A DNA stretch of 58,941 nucleotides from Ministeria vibrans ATCC 50519. Lineage: Eukaryota > Protista > Filasterea. Both the position numbers and the translations under genes were made by a program. The stretch is from assembly GCA_943704425.1 (NCBI GenBank), contig CALSCP010001920.1:1-58941 (forward strand). The letters are read 5' to 3'. The notes beneath the pieces are model-generated. The model did not search any database. It was not told the origin of the DNA and saw nothing but the letters and a program-made list of their open reading frames with translations. Below, piece after piece: positions 42,608-54,689 of this stretch (the first letter of the stretch is position 1; each line of letters opens with the position of its first letter).

Positions 42608-43870
42608 ATGCGAAAGTCGAGGGCGGTCGCTGTTGCTATCGTCCTCGCCACCTGTGTCGTTGGTGGAGCATGGTACTCGGCGTCGGCAGGGTCGATGATC
42701 AGGTCGTCGGAGACCGGCAAACGAATCTGGGCATTGTCGGCGCGCTGGCACGACTCTGGCGATCTTGTCGACGACGACGATCAGTGGCACGCGGCGAATG
42801 AGGCGCCTGTGCACGCCCAAACACACGAAGATCATCCTTCGGCGGTGCCTGACCACAGGAGCGAGGTGAGCGAGCCGGGGACGGAGGCAAGCCAGGCGAA
42901 TGTTGAAAACACCTCCCACACATCCGACGAAGCAGCGGTCGCAGTGGCAGCGCCCGCTTCCCCCGCCGCCGAAGTCGTTGAAACAGCACCGCGGACTCGC
43001 TCCAAGTATGCAGTAGTCATGTTGGTGTGTCCTGGTGGTCGATTTTCGCACCACTGTGCGAGTGATTCGAGTCAAATGGAGACGGACTCGGTGGGGAACA
43101 AGCGGGCGTGGGCGTGTCAGCACGGCTACGAGGTGATTGTCGAGGGCAAGGATAGCCTGCCGAAGCAGAATAACATTCGAAAGATCTGGGGAAAGGTGGT
43201 GGCGCTGCAGAAGCATCTGGCTGAGTTTGACTACATCATGTGGATTGATCTCGACTCAGTTATTCGCAACCCAGCCGTCACGATGGAACAGCTCATTGCA
43301 GCACAACCGAAAGAGGCTGATTTGCTCATTGCTCGCGACTGGAACGGCCTCAACTTTGGCGTGGCCATCTTGCGCAACACGCCGTGGATGCACAAGGCGC
43401 TCGAGCAGACCTGGGGCGTTCCAGGCGCACATCACCACGTCTTCCAGGAGCAGTTTGCCCTCGAGCGTGTCATCAACCAAGCGCCACCTGGGAAGGTACG
43501 GCATGGCATGAGAGATAGCGAAGATGCCGCCATTCGTCATGTCTTGTACGTCTAGGTTGCATATGTGCCTCTGCGCTCCTTCAACGCCTATCCGCCCTTC
43601 ACCCCTGGAATCGGCTCCTGTCCCCAGTGTGTCTACCGCCAAGAGGATCTTCTCATTCACTTCCCCGGCTGTGGCGACCAGGTGCGTGAAAAAGCGAACG
43701 CCAGTCAGATTTCTTTCTGTCCAATCTCTCACGCACAACTTTTTTTTCTTCTTTTTTATTTCATATAGAGGGGTCGAAATTGCGAACGGGAGTTTTACCA
43801 ATATTTTGACAAAACCTTGTCATTTCCATCAAAGTGTCAGGCGGGTTACCAATTCCACGATCTGCGATAA
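42608..43870 (+). CDS. GT34 (GMA12/MNN10 family) Golgi glycosyltransferase, three exons
   Basis: N-terminal type II anchor, NKRAWACQHGY, WGKVVAL, DYIMWIDLDSVI (DxD), ARDWNGLNFGV, FQEQFAL, RSFNAY and LLIHFPG. Last exon ends TAA at 43868-43870. Confidence 0.87.
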
Positions 43871-43944
43871 CACGCAATTGTGTGTACTAAATATACAATG
43901 TGACTTTCTGAAAAGCCTCAAACAAAAAAAGAGAAAGAGAGAGA

Positions 43945-46651
43945 TCATTCAGAGAGGATGAGCACAAGAAGGGCAGACCAGCCGGTAAAAGGCTTGGTGC
44001 CCTGTCCACGACCCGTCGAGGCACTGTAATTCTCCCAGACGTAGCCGGAGCGGGTGTACTCACGAATGAGGTTGTCGGCGACGGACGAGCGCAATTGTGT
44101 GTAGAGCAGCTGGGCGAGCGACGCAGTCTCGGGCGAGCTGTCTGGGTGCTGGGCATAGTGACGGAGGGCACTGATGGCCATGTAATTGAGGTTGATCCAG
44201 ATAGCGCCGCGCCAGTACGGAGCGTCGTGCTGTGTGTTGTGCCGCATGTGGAAAGGACTCTGAGGCGAGAGCGAGCGCAGGCCGTAGGGCGACCACAGCT
44301 CCGAGGTGTTGTGCAGCGTGGTCAGCATGAGCTCAAGACGTGCACTTGTGGGAGGCAGGAGACGCGCCAGCAGAGGAAACAGACTCACATAGCCGAGTTC
44401 GGGTACGAGGCGCAGTTTCGGCTGGATCTCTTCGCCCGTGCTCGCCCGCTTGCCAAGCACACGCTCCTTGACCACTTCGGAGCCTTTGTTGCCTGGGCGC
44501 TTCTTCACGACGTTGACGAGACGCGCACGTGACGTGTGCAGTCCATAGTCACAGAATTGTCCGTGGATATCGCTCCAGTGAAGTCGTGCCAAAGTCGTTT
44601 CGTTGCTCAGCTGAGTGTACGTCTCGGCAAACCGCGTGTCGGGTGTGCCCGCGGCGCGACTCAACTGGTGCATGGCGTTGCTGGCCATGGCCATCCATAC
44701 GTACAGGTCGACGTGCCGCTCGTCGTCGGTCGGGTGCGATGCGCGCGGATAGTCATCGAGCCCCGACGTGAGTGTCTTGGGATTGAGCTCGCGTGCGGTG
44801 GTCGCGTCGCGCCCGCGCCAGCGATACGTGCCCGGCACACGTCCCGCCTGCGTGGTCGCAAACCAACTGTACCAGGCACGCAAGTGGGGCAATATGGCGC
44901 CAAAGAAGCGTCGTTCGCGCTGCTGCTCACGCACCGGCTGCTCTGCAAGCGTCTCTACCATGTGCAGCAACGGAAGAAATAGCGTGGGTGGATTTGCACT
45001 GTCGTTGCGCTGCACAATAAACTCGCTGGGCACGCGCGACTCAGCTTCGAGTCCGCGGATCTGCTCGCGTGCAATCCACCCGTCGGCATTGATCAGTGAG
45101 AACCAGTGAGACAACACATCCATGGTGATTTCGCGACTCCAGCGCACCACAAGCAGCTGGTGGAACCCTTCGTCCCACATGAAGCCACGCGGGAAAAACG
45201 ATCGGCTGGGCACGGCCGTGAACAGCGGTGCGTCCCATGAGGGTACGGCGCGTCGGTCCTTGCGCTGGCGTTCCTCTGTGTTCACCATGGAATGCCCATA
45301 GAAGTAGCCCATGCCGCCGAGCATGTTGCTGAGTGCCGCCCGTGCCACTTTGACAACCGTCTCGTTGTGGCCCTGTGCCTCGAGTTTGAATGTATCCTCA
45401 AAGCGACGATCGAAGCGCAGCGACGCATCCATGAGCGCAAACGAAAAGGTGTTCCCACTGAGAGGTTTGTGGTCGTCGTTGCTGGTGTAGGCAACGTCGA
45501 GCACTGCGGTGCGAGTGCGTGCCTGCAGGCGCACCACAACCATATTCTGCACACCTAGCTCGCCGAGTGCGCGTCCCCGTGTGCCCAGCTGCTCCGTGAT
45601 GTTGTGGAAGTGCTCCGTGTGCATAGTGTAATAGGTAAGACTGAGGTCGCGCTCGGAGAGCACCAGGGGCGCCTCTGAGTCCTCCGTCTTGGCCTGAATG
45701 GTGACGGTGTAGTTTCCGAGGCCGTCGCCGCTGCCGCGCACGCGCAAGAGCCCGTCCGCCGTCGTGTCCACACTCAGCGCACTGCCCGCTTCGTCGGCCA
45801 GATAGAACATGAGAAAGGTGACGCTGTCGGAGGCAGACTTTCGTGTTGACGTGGACTGTGCTCGCTTCACGGCCGCATTCGTTGAGAACACCCGCGAGCC
45901 CCAGTCGGTGCGACCAGTGTCTGGATCGATACGCTTGACAAAGTCAGTTGCAATGGACAATGGGTAGTCCTATTGGTGTGGTGCAAATTGTGAGCATATG
46001 GGTATGTGTGTGTGACTAAAGAGTGCATTGTGTCCATACTTCGATGCCTTGAGAGCCAAACGACTCGCCGTCGTGCCGTTCCCAGCCAAACGACTGCAAA
46101 TGGTCGTCGTCTTTGGCGCTGTGTCGAATCTGTCCTGTCTCCGGGTGCATCCACGCCAGTCCAGTGATCAGTGACTTGGGAAGTCGCGGACGAAGGCCAA
46201 AGTACACTTGAGGTCTACAAAGGGAGGCGAGACGATTGCCGGGTAGTGAGACGACAAGGAGTAGCGCCGCTACCGCCACATCGGCGCACTTACCTGTACG
46301 ATCCCCAAAGCATCTTATCACGGTATGATTTGTCGAGAAACCCTTCGCTGTTCTCAACAATGGAGGGCGCCAAGGGGGTCACAAGAGTCGCGCCTGTCTT
46401 GGACGCAGCGGGGTCGCGTGATGCGGGCGACAGGGCAAAGGCGACGGCTGCACCTGAGCAAGCAAAAACGAAAGACACGCTGGGGGTGTTGGAGAGGGGC
46501 GAAGGAGGGGGCGGGGGCGCTTACCAATCGCAACGAGGGCAATCCCGAGGGGAATCGCTCTTGTTGAGGAGGAGGATGGAGGCGACGCGCGCGATGTGTG
46601 TGTTGGTTGTGATGAGTGCGTTGACGATTTTGGCGACTTGGGTCTTGCCAT
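43945..46651 (-). CDS. MOGS: Mannosyl-oligosaccharide glucosidase (glucosidase I, GH63), multi-exon
   Basis: MLWGSYR|PQVYFGLRPRLPKSL, AVPSRSFFPRGFMWDEGFH, GWIAREQI, ELNPKTLTSGLDDYPRASHP, YWRGAIWINLNY and PFTGWSAL. Confidence 0.95.
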
Positions 46652-46825
46652 CTTGCCAAGGTGGACGAATCTTCAAACGACACTTGGGGATAGCAGTCAA
46701 CAACCTTGTTGATATCAAATCTCAACGAGGTGATGAGCAAGACAAGTAACTGTGATTTGTCAGTTGTCACACATTTGTCAAAACTCAAAGAATAAAAGAT
46801 CAACACGATCAACACAATTTTTCAA

Positions 46826-48443
46826 ATGGATCGCGTAAAGTTGGTCGAGGAGCTATGGGAAGGCTCGCCTAGTGTCACATCGATTGTGTCGGACCTTGCG
46901 GGGGGTGTAGGAGTGTATGTCAAGGAAGAGATGAGGGCTGGAACGGTGATTATTGACAGTGAGTCGCCGCTGGCCTTCTCGCTCTTGCCCAACTGTCGAA
47001 ATCTGGTGTGTTCGGTGTGTGCTCGTCGTGCGGGGTCCTTATCACACTGTGCGGGCTGCAAGGTATCGACCGGAGAGAGGGGGGGGGGGGGGGGNNNNNN
47101 NNNNTCAGCGTTGCTTGATGACGACTCGTTTACAAAGTGATTGAACGAGAGAAGATAAATTAATCATTCTGGTGCAGGACACGCCGTACTGCTCAACACG
47201 ATGCCAGAAGCACGATTGGAAGGTTGGCGGCCACAAAGACATGTGCGCACGCATTGCACACATCAAGAAGGTGACGGGCAGTGGGCCGACGGAAACGACA
47301 ATGCTGTTGGCTCGTCTCTATCGCAAGGTGGCAGACGGCAATCGTGCTGTGCTGCTGGCGTTGGCGACGCTTCGCTCGCACGCCGACGAGGTCGCCGAGC
47401 ACGCCGACATTCAAGTGTCCGTCAGCGGTCTTGCTATTCTTGCGTCCAATCTTGCCTTTGGCAACCCTAAAATGCAGCAGGAGGAGGAGGAGGAAGGAGA
47501 AGGAGAAGGAGAAGGAGAAGGAGCAGACTCTGAGAAGGCGTCCGGCTCGGGTGCTGGTAGTGAAGGCAGCGTGACACGAGCGACTGGCGGCAAGGGGGTA
47601 GCAAACGTAAAGGCATTAGCTGCTAGTGGTCGACGTAGCATTGGGGGAGCCGAGGCTTTTTCGATTGCGTGCAAAGTGCGACACAATGCCTTCACACTGT
47701 GCGACGCTGAGCTGCAGCCCATTGGTCTGGCACTGTATCACTCAACGGCAATGTTCAATCACGGCTGTGTCCCCAACTGCGTTGCGACCTTTGTTGGCGC
47801 ACGCGTGTCGGTGCGTACGCTGCGCGTGTGTCGCCCAGGCGAATCTCTTGTGCTGTCGTATGTCGACGAGCTGATGCCACTGAGCGAACGACGCGAGTCG
47901 CTGCTGTACGGTCACCTCATTAGCACGTGTGTGTGTGGACAGTGTGAGCGACCCGCCATGGAGGCACTTCTCTGGGACACGGCGCATGTGAGCGACTCTC
48001 TGCTGGAGGAGCTGGATGGGGTGCTGGCGAAGGTAAACGAGAGCGAAAAGGAGGAGGAGGTGACGCAGGCGGCAGAGCGATTTCATCGGCTGGACGTGCC
48101 TCCGACGCATCGACGAGCCATTGAGTGTCGCAAGGCACTTGTGGATGCGTACGTGGGACACGCGCAGTACCTGAATGCGCTGGGCGAGGCGCGCACCTTG
48201 GTGGTGGCACTGGAGCAGGTGTATGGCGCGCGGGGGCCTCAACTGGAGCACACTAGTGGGGATGTGACAGGAACAGTGAGTGCTGAGCTGGCCATTGAGA
48301 TGGTACGTCTGGCCAAGCTCGAGCAAGCGGTGGGCAGTCACGAGATGTCGCTTGTGTGGGCGCGCAAGGGTCTCATTCTGCTCAGTGTCACGCATGGCGA
48401 GGAGCATCCACTCGTGTGCGAGCTTGCTCAGGCCCTCGGCTAA
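46826..48443 (+). CDS. SET and MYND domain lysine methyltransferase (SMYD family), two exons
   Basis: Split SET with a MYND finger CSVC...CAGCK|DTPYCSTRCQKHDW...HKDMC, plus NAFTL, MFNHGCVPNC, GESLVLSYVD, post-SET CVCGQC and a TPR-like tail. Confidence 0.9.
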
Positions 48444-48502
48444 CACAAGAGTTGTGCGAGAGATAAGTTTTTTTTTTCATTGTACTGTAGGGATGAAATA
48501 GT

Positions 48503-48570
48503 TGTATTTAGTCGTCTGTCGAGTATTTATGGTTGTTCGAAGATGTTCTCCTCGAAGATCTTCTTGGTAC
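48503..48570 (-). repeat. Degenerate direct duplicate of the last ~60 nt of the ATP synthase d CDS and stop
   Basis: TGTATTTAGTC..GTCGAGTATTTATGGTT..ATGTTCTCCTCGAAGATCTT occurs at 48503-48570 and again at 48609-48664. Confidence 0.85.
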
Positions 48571-48613
48571 AACATGTTCATTTGTATGATAAATTTTGAA
48601 TGGTTGGCTGTAT

Positions 48614-49769
48614 TTAGTCTGTCGAGTATTTATGGTTCTTCATGTTCTCCTCGAAGATCTTGGTTTCCTCCGGGTACATCTTCATGGCGTCCTGTACGGT
48701 CATGGTGTCCAAGGGCGGGGCGGCATTGATGAGGTCCAGCTCCGTCTTGAGCTTCTTCAGTGCCTCGTCCAGACTCGCTTCCGTGCGCTTCACTGTCCAC
48801 TCCATAAACTCGCTGCTCTCCTTGAAAGCGCTGGTCGCCTCGGGTCCCATAAGTGACTCTCTCAAGTAGGCCAACTGTTGAACGCGAGGATACTACGAAA
48901 TACAAAAAGAGGTTAAAGATTGCGCCTCTTCGATTGCGCTGCGTACCTTTTTCTCAAGGTCCTCGACGAATCCCTTGGCCTCAATTTGATCCTTGTACTT
49001 TTGAAAGTTAATTTCGGGCGTTTCTTCGGATTTTTGAAGCCTAGAAGAAGAATTGAGTGGCGATGAGAAGGAGAGACCGGGACAAGAAACAGAGATTGCG
49101 TCTCATTTCGCGCTTTTCCCACGCGCAAACTCTTGTTCTCTCGCTTGAATCAGACACATACAGTGCCATATAAGCGATCCAAGGTGCGTTTGGTAGATGT
49201 TTAACGAGGATTTGAGCGAGAACGAAGGAGGTTTAAAAAAAAAAGAAATCGTCGCGCTGTAGGAACACGAATAGACCGCAACAGATGACAACGGCGAGGT
49301 ACCATCCAACGCACTGCAATGCAGATGGGTGCGTTGTAAAGACTACCAAGTGAGCGGAACGGTGAAAAAAAAAAATTTTTTTTTCGTATAGTTTCAACAC
49401 ATCGATTCGCTGAAGCCGGGTGTGATTGCGTGCAAGGTGAACACCATCATGCGACGAGCAACGAGGAGGGGTGTCGAATCGCGGGGTGACACTCAGGAGA
49501 CAAGAACGCAAAAAAGAAAAAAAAACGTTTTGGTGTGACAGGAACGTCACATAGAGACATGGAGAGAACAAGCGAGAGAGAGGGAGACAGAGACAGAGGC
49601 AGAGGCAGCAGGGGAGGGGAGTGTACCTTGAGAGGCACTGCTGAGCTTCGAGGACGCGGGTTGACCAGGCCTCGGTGAGCCCCAGCGTCTTCATGGGCTG
49701 CATCAGCTCGTTTGTCCTCGTCAGCAGCTTGCGTGCGACGTCGACCCACTTGGGTGCAGAGGCGGCCAT
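48614..49769 (-). CDS. ATP5PD: Mitochondrial ATP synthase subunit d, three exons
   Basis: ...PEINFQKYKDQIEAKGFVEDLEKK / ...LKTELDLINAAPPLDTMTVQDAMKMYPE matches the subunit d pattern, and the size fits. Confidence 0.75.
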
Positions 49770-50110
49770 GGTTGTACGTAAGTAGATAAAGAGTGACCAC
49801 TGAATAGTGAATAGTGAATACTGATTTTGATTTTTGACTCGAAGTCAAAGTCAAAATGCCCCAAGGAACGAACTACGTGCGAACTACAACCAACACAACT
49901 GTGACCTAAGGATCGCTTGCACACATTGATTTCTACACCTGATGTGAGTGATGTCCTGATAACCTGATCGGTCATTCAAATTCCGATCCAGCATCAATCC
50001 TCCTCACGACAGAATAATATTATGGTNNNNNNCAAACAGCTCAACCTCTTTTTCTTCCTCACTTTTTTTCCCTCACCTCTTTCTCTCCCCCCTCCCTAAT
50101 TCTAGCTATA

Positions 50111-51823
50111 ATGCCCAGGTCAGGCGGTGGCGGCGGGCGTTCTTCAGGCGGCGGTCGTAGTGGTGGAAGTTCTTCCGGCGGCGGCACCGTGCATGTGTCT
50201 GGGTACACCCGCTCCAATGGAACTGTTGTCTCGGGATACACGCGCTCAGCAGCGTCTTCTTCCCCTTCAAGTCGTTCGAGTACATCCTCCTCAAGCCCCG
50301 CCGTGCACGTCTCCAGCTACACCCGCTCCAATGGGACGGTGGTGGCCGCACACACGCGCGCCGCTCCCTCCGCGTCAACTTCGAATTCGCGCTCTTCTGC
50401 CGTGGTGCACGTTCCGAGCTACACTCGAAGCGATGGAACACCGGTCGCCGCACACACACGGGCTGCTCCTGGATCGGCTTCCAGCTCGCCCGCTCCCCAG
50501 ATCAAGGTGTCGGGCTACACGCGTCGCGATGGAACTGTTGTCGCGCCGCACACTCGCACTCTGCCGGCGGCATCGACGAGCACTGCGTCAGCCACGCTTC
50601 CCACCACCCATGGCAAGACTTACGTGGACAATGCCATGAATCGTCGACTGGGTCGAGTCGGCGAGCCCCTGTACTCACGCCCGGGTGTGTCCTCGCGCGT
50701 GCGCAAGTCGCTCGCTACTGTCGAGGGGCATCTCCGCACGCCGGGTCTCCTCGAGCTGCTGCTGCAGGAGCGCCATAGCGAGCGGGCCGACTGGCACGAT
50801 CTGGTGCACAGCGAGGAGACGCAGGCCGCGTGCGAGGCATGCCCGGCTTTCCGCCAGCACCTCGACGCCCTTGAGACCATAGCGAGCCAGTCGGCGTGCA
50901 ACGAGAAGTACCTGGCAGACCGACTCGCGGCCGCCGTCAGTTTGCAGGAGCTGCAGCGTGACGCAAGTGCCACGGGCTTTCGCATTCCCTGGAGCGACAT
51001 TGAGTACGAGCGGGCCGATCGTATTGGCAGCGGTGCCTACGCCGATGTGTACTATGCCAAGCTGCGCGGTACTCCGGTCGCACTCAAGGTGCTCAAGCGC
51101 AGTGCGGTCACGCGCTCCGTCGTGCAGTCGATCGAGCAGGAGATGAAGATTGTGCGTGAGCTTCGGCACGACAACATTGTGCACTGCCTCGGACTGTGCA
51201 TCGATGACGACCTCAGTGCGGCCAAGAGTCACGGAATCGCCTTTGTGCTGGAGTACGTCGAGGGCAACTCGGTACACTCGCAGCTTCACGTGCGCCCACG
51301 TGACTTCTCACTGTCCCAGCGCCTACAAATCCTTCGCGACGCCTGGGCCGGTCTTGCCTACTTGCATGCGCGTGGTGTCGCCCATCGCGACTGCAAACCT
51401 GAAAACATGCTCATGAGCAGCACAGACTCGTGCAAACTCGGCGACTTTGGCTTTGCCAAGCTCAAGCACAATGCGGCGTCCTCGAGCAGCGTCAACAGCC
51501 CCGCCGGCACCTATCGCTACGCACCGCCCGAGATCAACCGTGGCGAGCGTCTCGCCGACGAGGCACTCTTTGCCGCCGATGTATACTCCCTGGCGGTCGC
51601 CTCGGCCGAGGTGCTTACAAACGAGGAGCCCTTTGACGACTACGACCTGCAGCAGCTGCGCGAGCACGTCGGGTTTCGCGAGCCACACGCCGTGCCCCGC
51701 CTCGACAGCGACACCGTCCCCGAGGCCCTCGTGCGCCTGCTCCACCGCTGTTGGGCTCGCGATCCAGCGCTCCGTCCCAAGGTCTCGGAAGTCAGTGAGG
51801 CGCTTAAGGGAGTGAGTGAATGA
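50111..51823 (+). CDS. TKL-like Ser/Thr protein kinase with four N-terminal VxVxxYTRxxGTxVxx[HY]TR repeats; intronless
   Basis: IGSGAYADV, VALK, alphaC E, HRDCKPEN, DFG, GTYRYAPPE, DVYS and CWARDPALRP are all intact. Confidence 0.9.
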   Translation: MPRSGGGGGRSSGGGRSGGSSSGGGTVHVSGYTRSNGTVVSGYTRSAASSSPSSRSSTSSSSPAVHVSSYTRSNGTVVAAHTRAAPSASTSNSRSSAVVHVPSYTRSDGTPVAAHTRAAPGSASSSPAPQIKVSGYTRRDGTVVAPHTRTLPAASTSTASATLPTTHGKTYVDNAMNRRLGRVGEPLYSRPGVSSRVRKSLATVEGHLRTPGLLELLLQERHSERADWHDLVHSEETQAACEACPAFRQHLDALETIASQSACNEKYLADRLAAAVSLQELQRDASATGFRIPWSDIEYERADRIGSGAYADVYYAKLRGTPVALKVLKRSAVTRSVVQSIEQEMKIVRELRHDNIVHCLGLCIDDDLSAAKSHGIAFVLEYVEGNSVHSQLHVRPRDFSLSQRLQILRDAWAGLAYLHARGVAHRDCKPENMLMSSTDSCKLGDFGFAKLKHNAASSSSVNSPAGTYRYAPPEINRGERLADEALFAADVYSLAVASAEVLTNEEPFDDYDLQQLREHVGFREPHAVPRLDSDTVPEALVRLLHRCWARDPALRPKVSEVSEALKGVSE

Positions 51824-51986
51824 GAGAGTGAGAGAGAGAAAGGGTTTATAAAAAAATAAAAAAACGAAACCCCAGCCTATGAGTGAAATTCTGAAGAAAC
51901 TGCTTAAGTTGTCAATTGAGATAATATTATGAATGTTTTCAATAGTATAGCACTTCAGAATTATATATTTTATCAGTTCTCAACGT

Positions 51987-53984
51987 CTAACATGCCTGCC
52001 CCCAAACTGGCCGGGGAGCCAACCAGTTGACCACATCGAGATCAAATTCGGATGGGCGTGACGCAATCTGTTGGACACACCAGGAGGAGAGGTCGCTGGA
52101 GAAGGCAACGGCACCCTTAAACATGCGTGTCATGTCAAGCACACGTGAGACGTCCCAGCCCGAGAGGTCGCTGGAGAAGGCAACCGCATTGTGAAACATG
52201 GAACGCATCGAGGTGGCCGTTGACGTGTTCCACTGCGACAGGTCGCTGGTCCACAGCGTCGTCTCATGCGCAAAAAAGTCAAACGACTCAACACGCCCCA
52301 CGTTCCACTGCGACAGGTCCGCCGTGAGACGCTCACATCCATAAAACAAGTGGAACATGGTGCGCACTGCGCTTGTGTCCCACTGCGCAAGACCCGATCC
52401 TTCAAAGAGGGTACAACCCAGAAAGGCATAGTGGAGCTGTTCGATGTTGCGCGTGTTCCAGCGCGACAAGTCCGAATTGAATAGGCGACACTCATGGAAC
52501 ATGTACTGCGCTTCGCGCACCCGACTCACATCCCAACCTGACACGTTTCCCGTGAAGTTGGCGCAGCCGTCAAAGAGTCCTCCGGCATAGACGAGCGACG
52601 AGGTGTTCCACTGCTCGACACCGCGTCCTTGAAACGCAGCGCACTCCTTGAAAAGATCGGTCGCGACCTGCACGCGCGACATATCCCATGTGGTAACATT
52701 GCTGTCAAAGCGCGATGCGCGGAACAACATGCGTCGAAGTGACAATGCGCCGCTCACATCCCACTGCGCGAGCGACCGTGTCAGCGAAGAGCACTCGTAG
52801 AAGGTCGACTCGAACGTAGCGACGTACGACGTGCGCCACGCCTCGATGGGACCATTAAACTGATGACAGCCGTAGAAGCAGTGCGAGAGAGACTCAACGC
52901 GCGACACGTCCCACTGGTCAAGACCATCGCCGGTGAAGACACGTGCGCCTAGAAAGGTGTGAAAAAGTTCGGTGAGGCGGTCGGTCGTGTGCCATCGCAG
53001 TGCCGACGCCAACTTGTGGTTCTCGTAGAAGGTGTATGACAGGTCGGTGATGTTGCGCATGTCCCAGTCGGTGAGACCATCGCCGGTGAAATGATAGCAG
53101 CGATAGAATGCATGTGCCATGTCGGTGATGTGACCCGTGCGCCAGCGTGCGAGTCCCGTCACATCCATGGTCAAATTGAAACATTCGTAGAAAACGCGGT
53201 TGAGCGACGTCGTGCCGGTAAGATCAAGAGCGTCCGTGGCGCTCACTTGCAAGGAAGTCGCACCCTCAAAGTAATTTCCATCGTTGCCCAGTCGCAGCGG
53301 GCCCCACTCCCCAATGTCGACAAGTGCCGTTGCGTCGCCGTTCCCAGCAAAACGCCAGCCGTCCAGCACGCCCTGCACCGCTGTTGTGTACGTGCCCGCC
53401 TGAGCATAAACGTGCGTCACCTCCGCTTGATTATAGTGCGTGATGGTGCTTCGACTGTTGTCACCCCAGTCCACCGTGAAGTTGTACGTGCCCGACGCGA
53501 GAAGTGGCAGCTGCAACTGCACACGGGACGGTCCAATGCGCCAAGTTGCCGAAAAGGTCGCCAAAGACTCGCAGCGCTCTCCCACATGGCGTGTTCCATA
53601 GCAATCACAGGTAAAGGCGCCATTTGTAGGGGCGCATTGGCCTCCGTTGAGACAGGGCGACGAGGCGCACGGAAAGTGCGCTTCTAACGAATGCAGACGA
53701 GTCTCAAGGGTCGCAATGGCCGCCTGCACTTCCGACATGGTCACGACCCTTAACCCATTTGCGTAGAGAGTGCCTTCGACCTGGACCGAGTGGTTTTCCG
53801 ACGGCCGTAAGACTATTTGACCGTTATCATTCAGTCTAGGAAATTTCATTTTATCGACTTTTTTTCTTTTTTTTTTTTCTTTTTTTTTTCTACTTTCTTA
53901 CATGGCGGCACTCGTGGATGCACTCAATGGCACATGCTGCACAAGAATGCAGGCAATGACGAGCGTGCTAGATAGCAGAATCAT
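51987..53984 (-). CDS. Secreted EGF + PKD-like + DUF285/BspA (PARCEL) repeat protein, two exons
   Basis: Signal exon 53984-53902 (MILLSSTLVIACILVQ...) splices in phase 2 to 53835. Contains EGF CASSPCLNGGQC...CDC...GERCE, YNFTVDWGD...THVYAQAGTY and more than ten ~25-aa WDVSRVxxxxxMF...FxxDLS repeats. Confidence 0.87.
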
Positions 53985-54689
53985 CTACAAATTGTGTTGT
54001 TAATTGTTATTCAGTAAATATTCACAGTCGCAAGTGTGACTCTCACTCGAGTCACTTAACTGACGGCCTTTTTTTTTGCTGACTTCTAAGAGTAAGAATA
54101 TCGACCTCTTTGATCGCTGCGGACGTGCGTCACGCCGCGTCTCTCTTGCATCGTTTGTGTATGTGTGTGTGTGTAGAATAATGGAGAAAGAATAAGAAGA
54201 GAAAAAAATGGATATCTATTCCATTATACTTTGTTTACTTTAATTGCTTTTACTTTATTAAAAAAAAAAAAAAAAAAAAAAAGAGGGAACACGGTTCGTC
54301 TTGTACGCGTGTGCCTTTGGGTCATGGGGCTGCTCAAGCGATGCAGTGTCACGGAACGTGTGGCATGCACCACAGACGGCCACGCATCGTCGGCTGTCAA
54401 TGCGAGCGCTCTTTCCCTCTCTCTCTCTCTCTCTCGCTCTCTCGCTCACTCTCACTCTCTCACTCTCTCTCTCTCTCTCTCTCTCTTGCTGTACGCCCGC
54501 CTTCTCCCTCTCTGCTTCTCTCCAACGGCTCCCCTCGCCTTCCCCCATGCCCCTCCTGCCCTCCCCCCAGTCGCTGTGGTCCTTGTCGCTCCCCGTTGCT
54601 TTTTTTTTACAGCTCACTCACTCGTCCTTCTCCTCTCCTTTCTCTTCTCTCTATTTTGCCCCACGCTCCTCGGCAGGCACTTATTCATC

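Noticed and set aside
49023-49626. Intronic snoRNA in the long first intron of ATP5PD (CAACGCAC/GTGCGTTG hairpin near 49297-49336)
   Set aside because: I could not find a convincing paired box C/D or H/ACA layout. An Infernal/Rfam or snoRNA scan would be needed.
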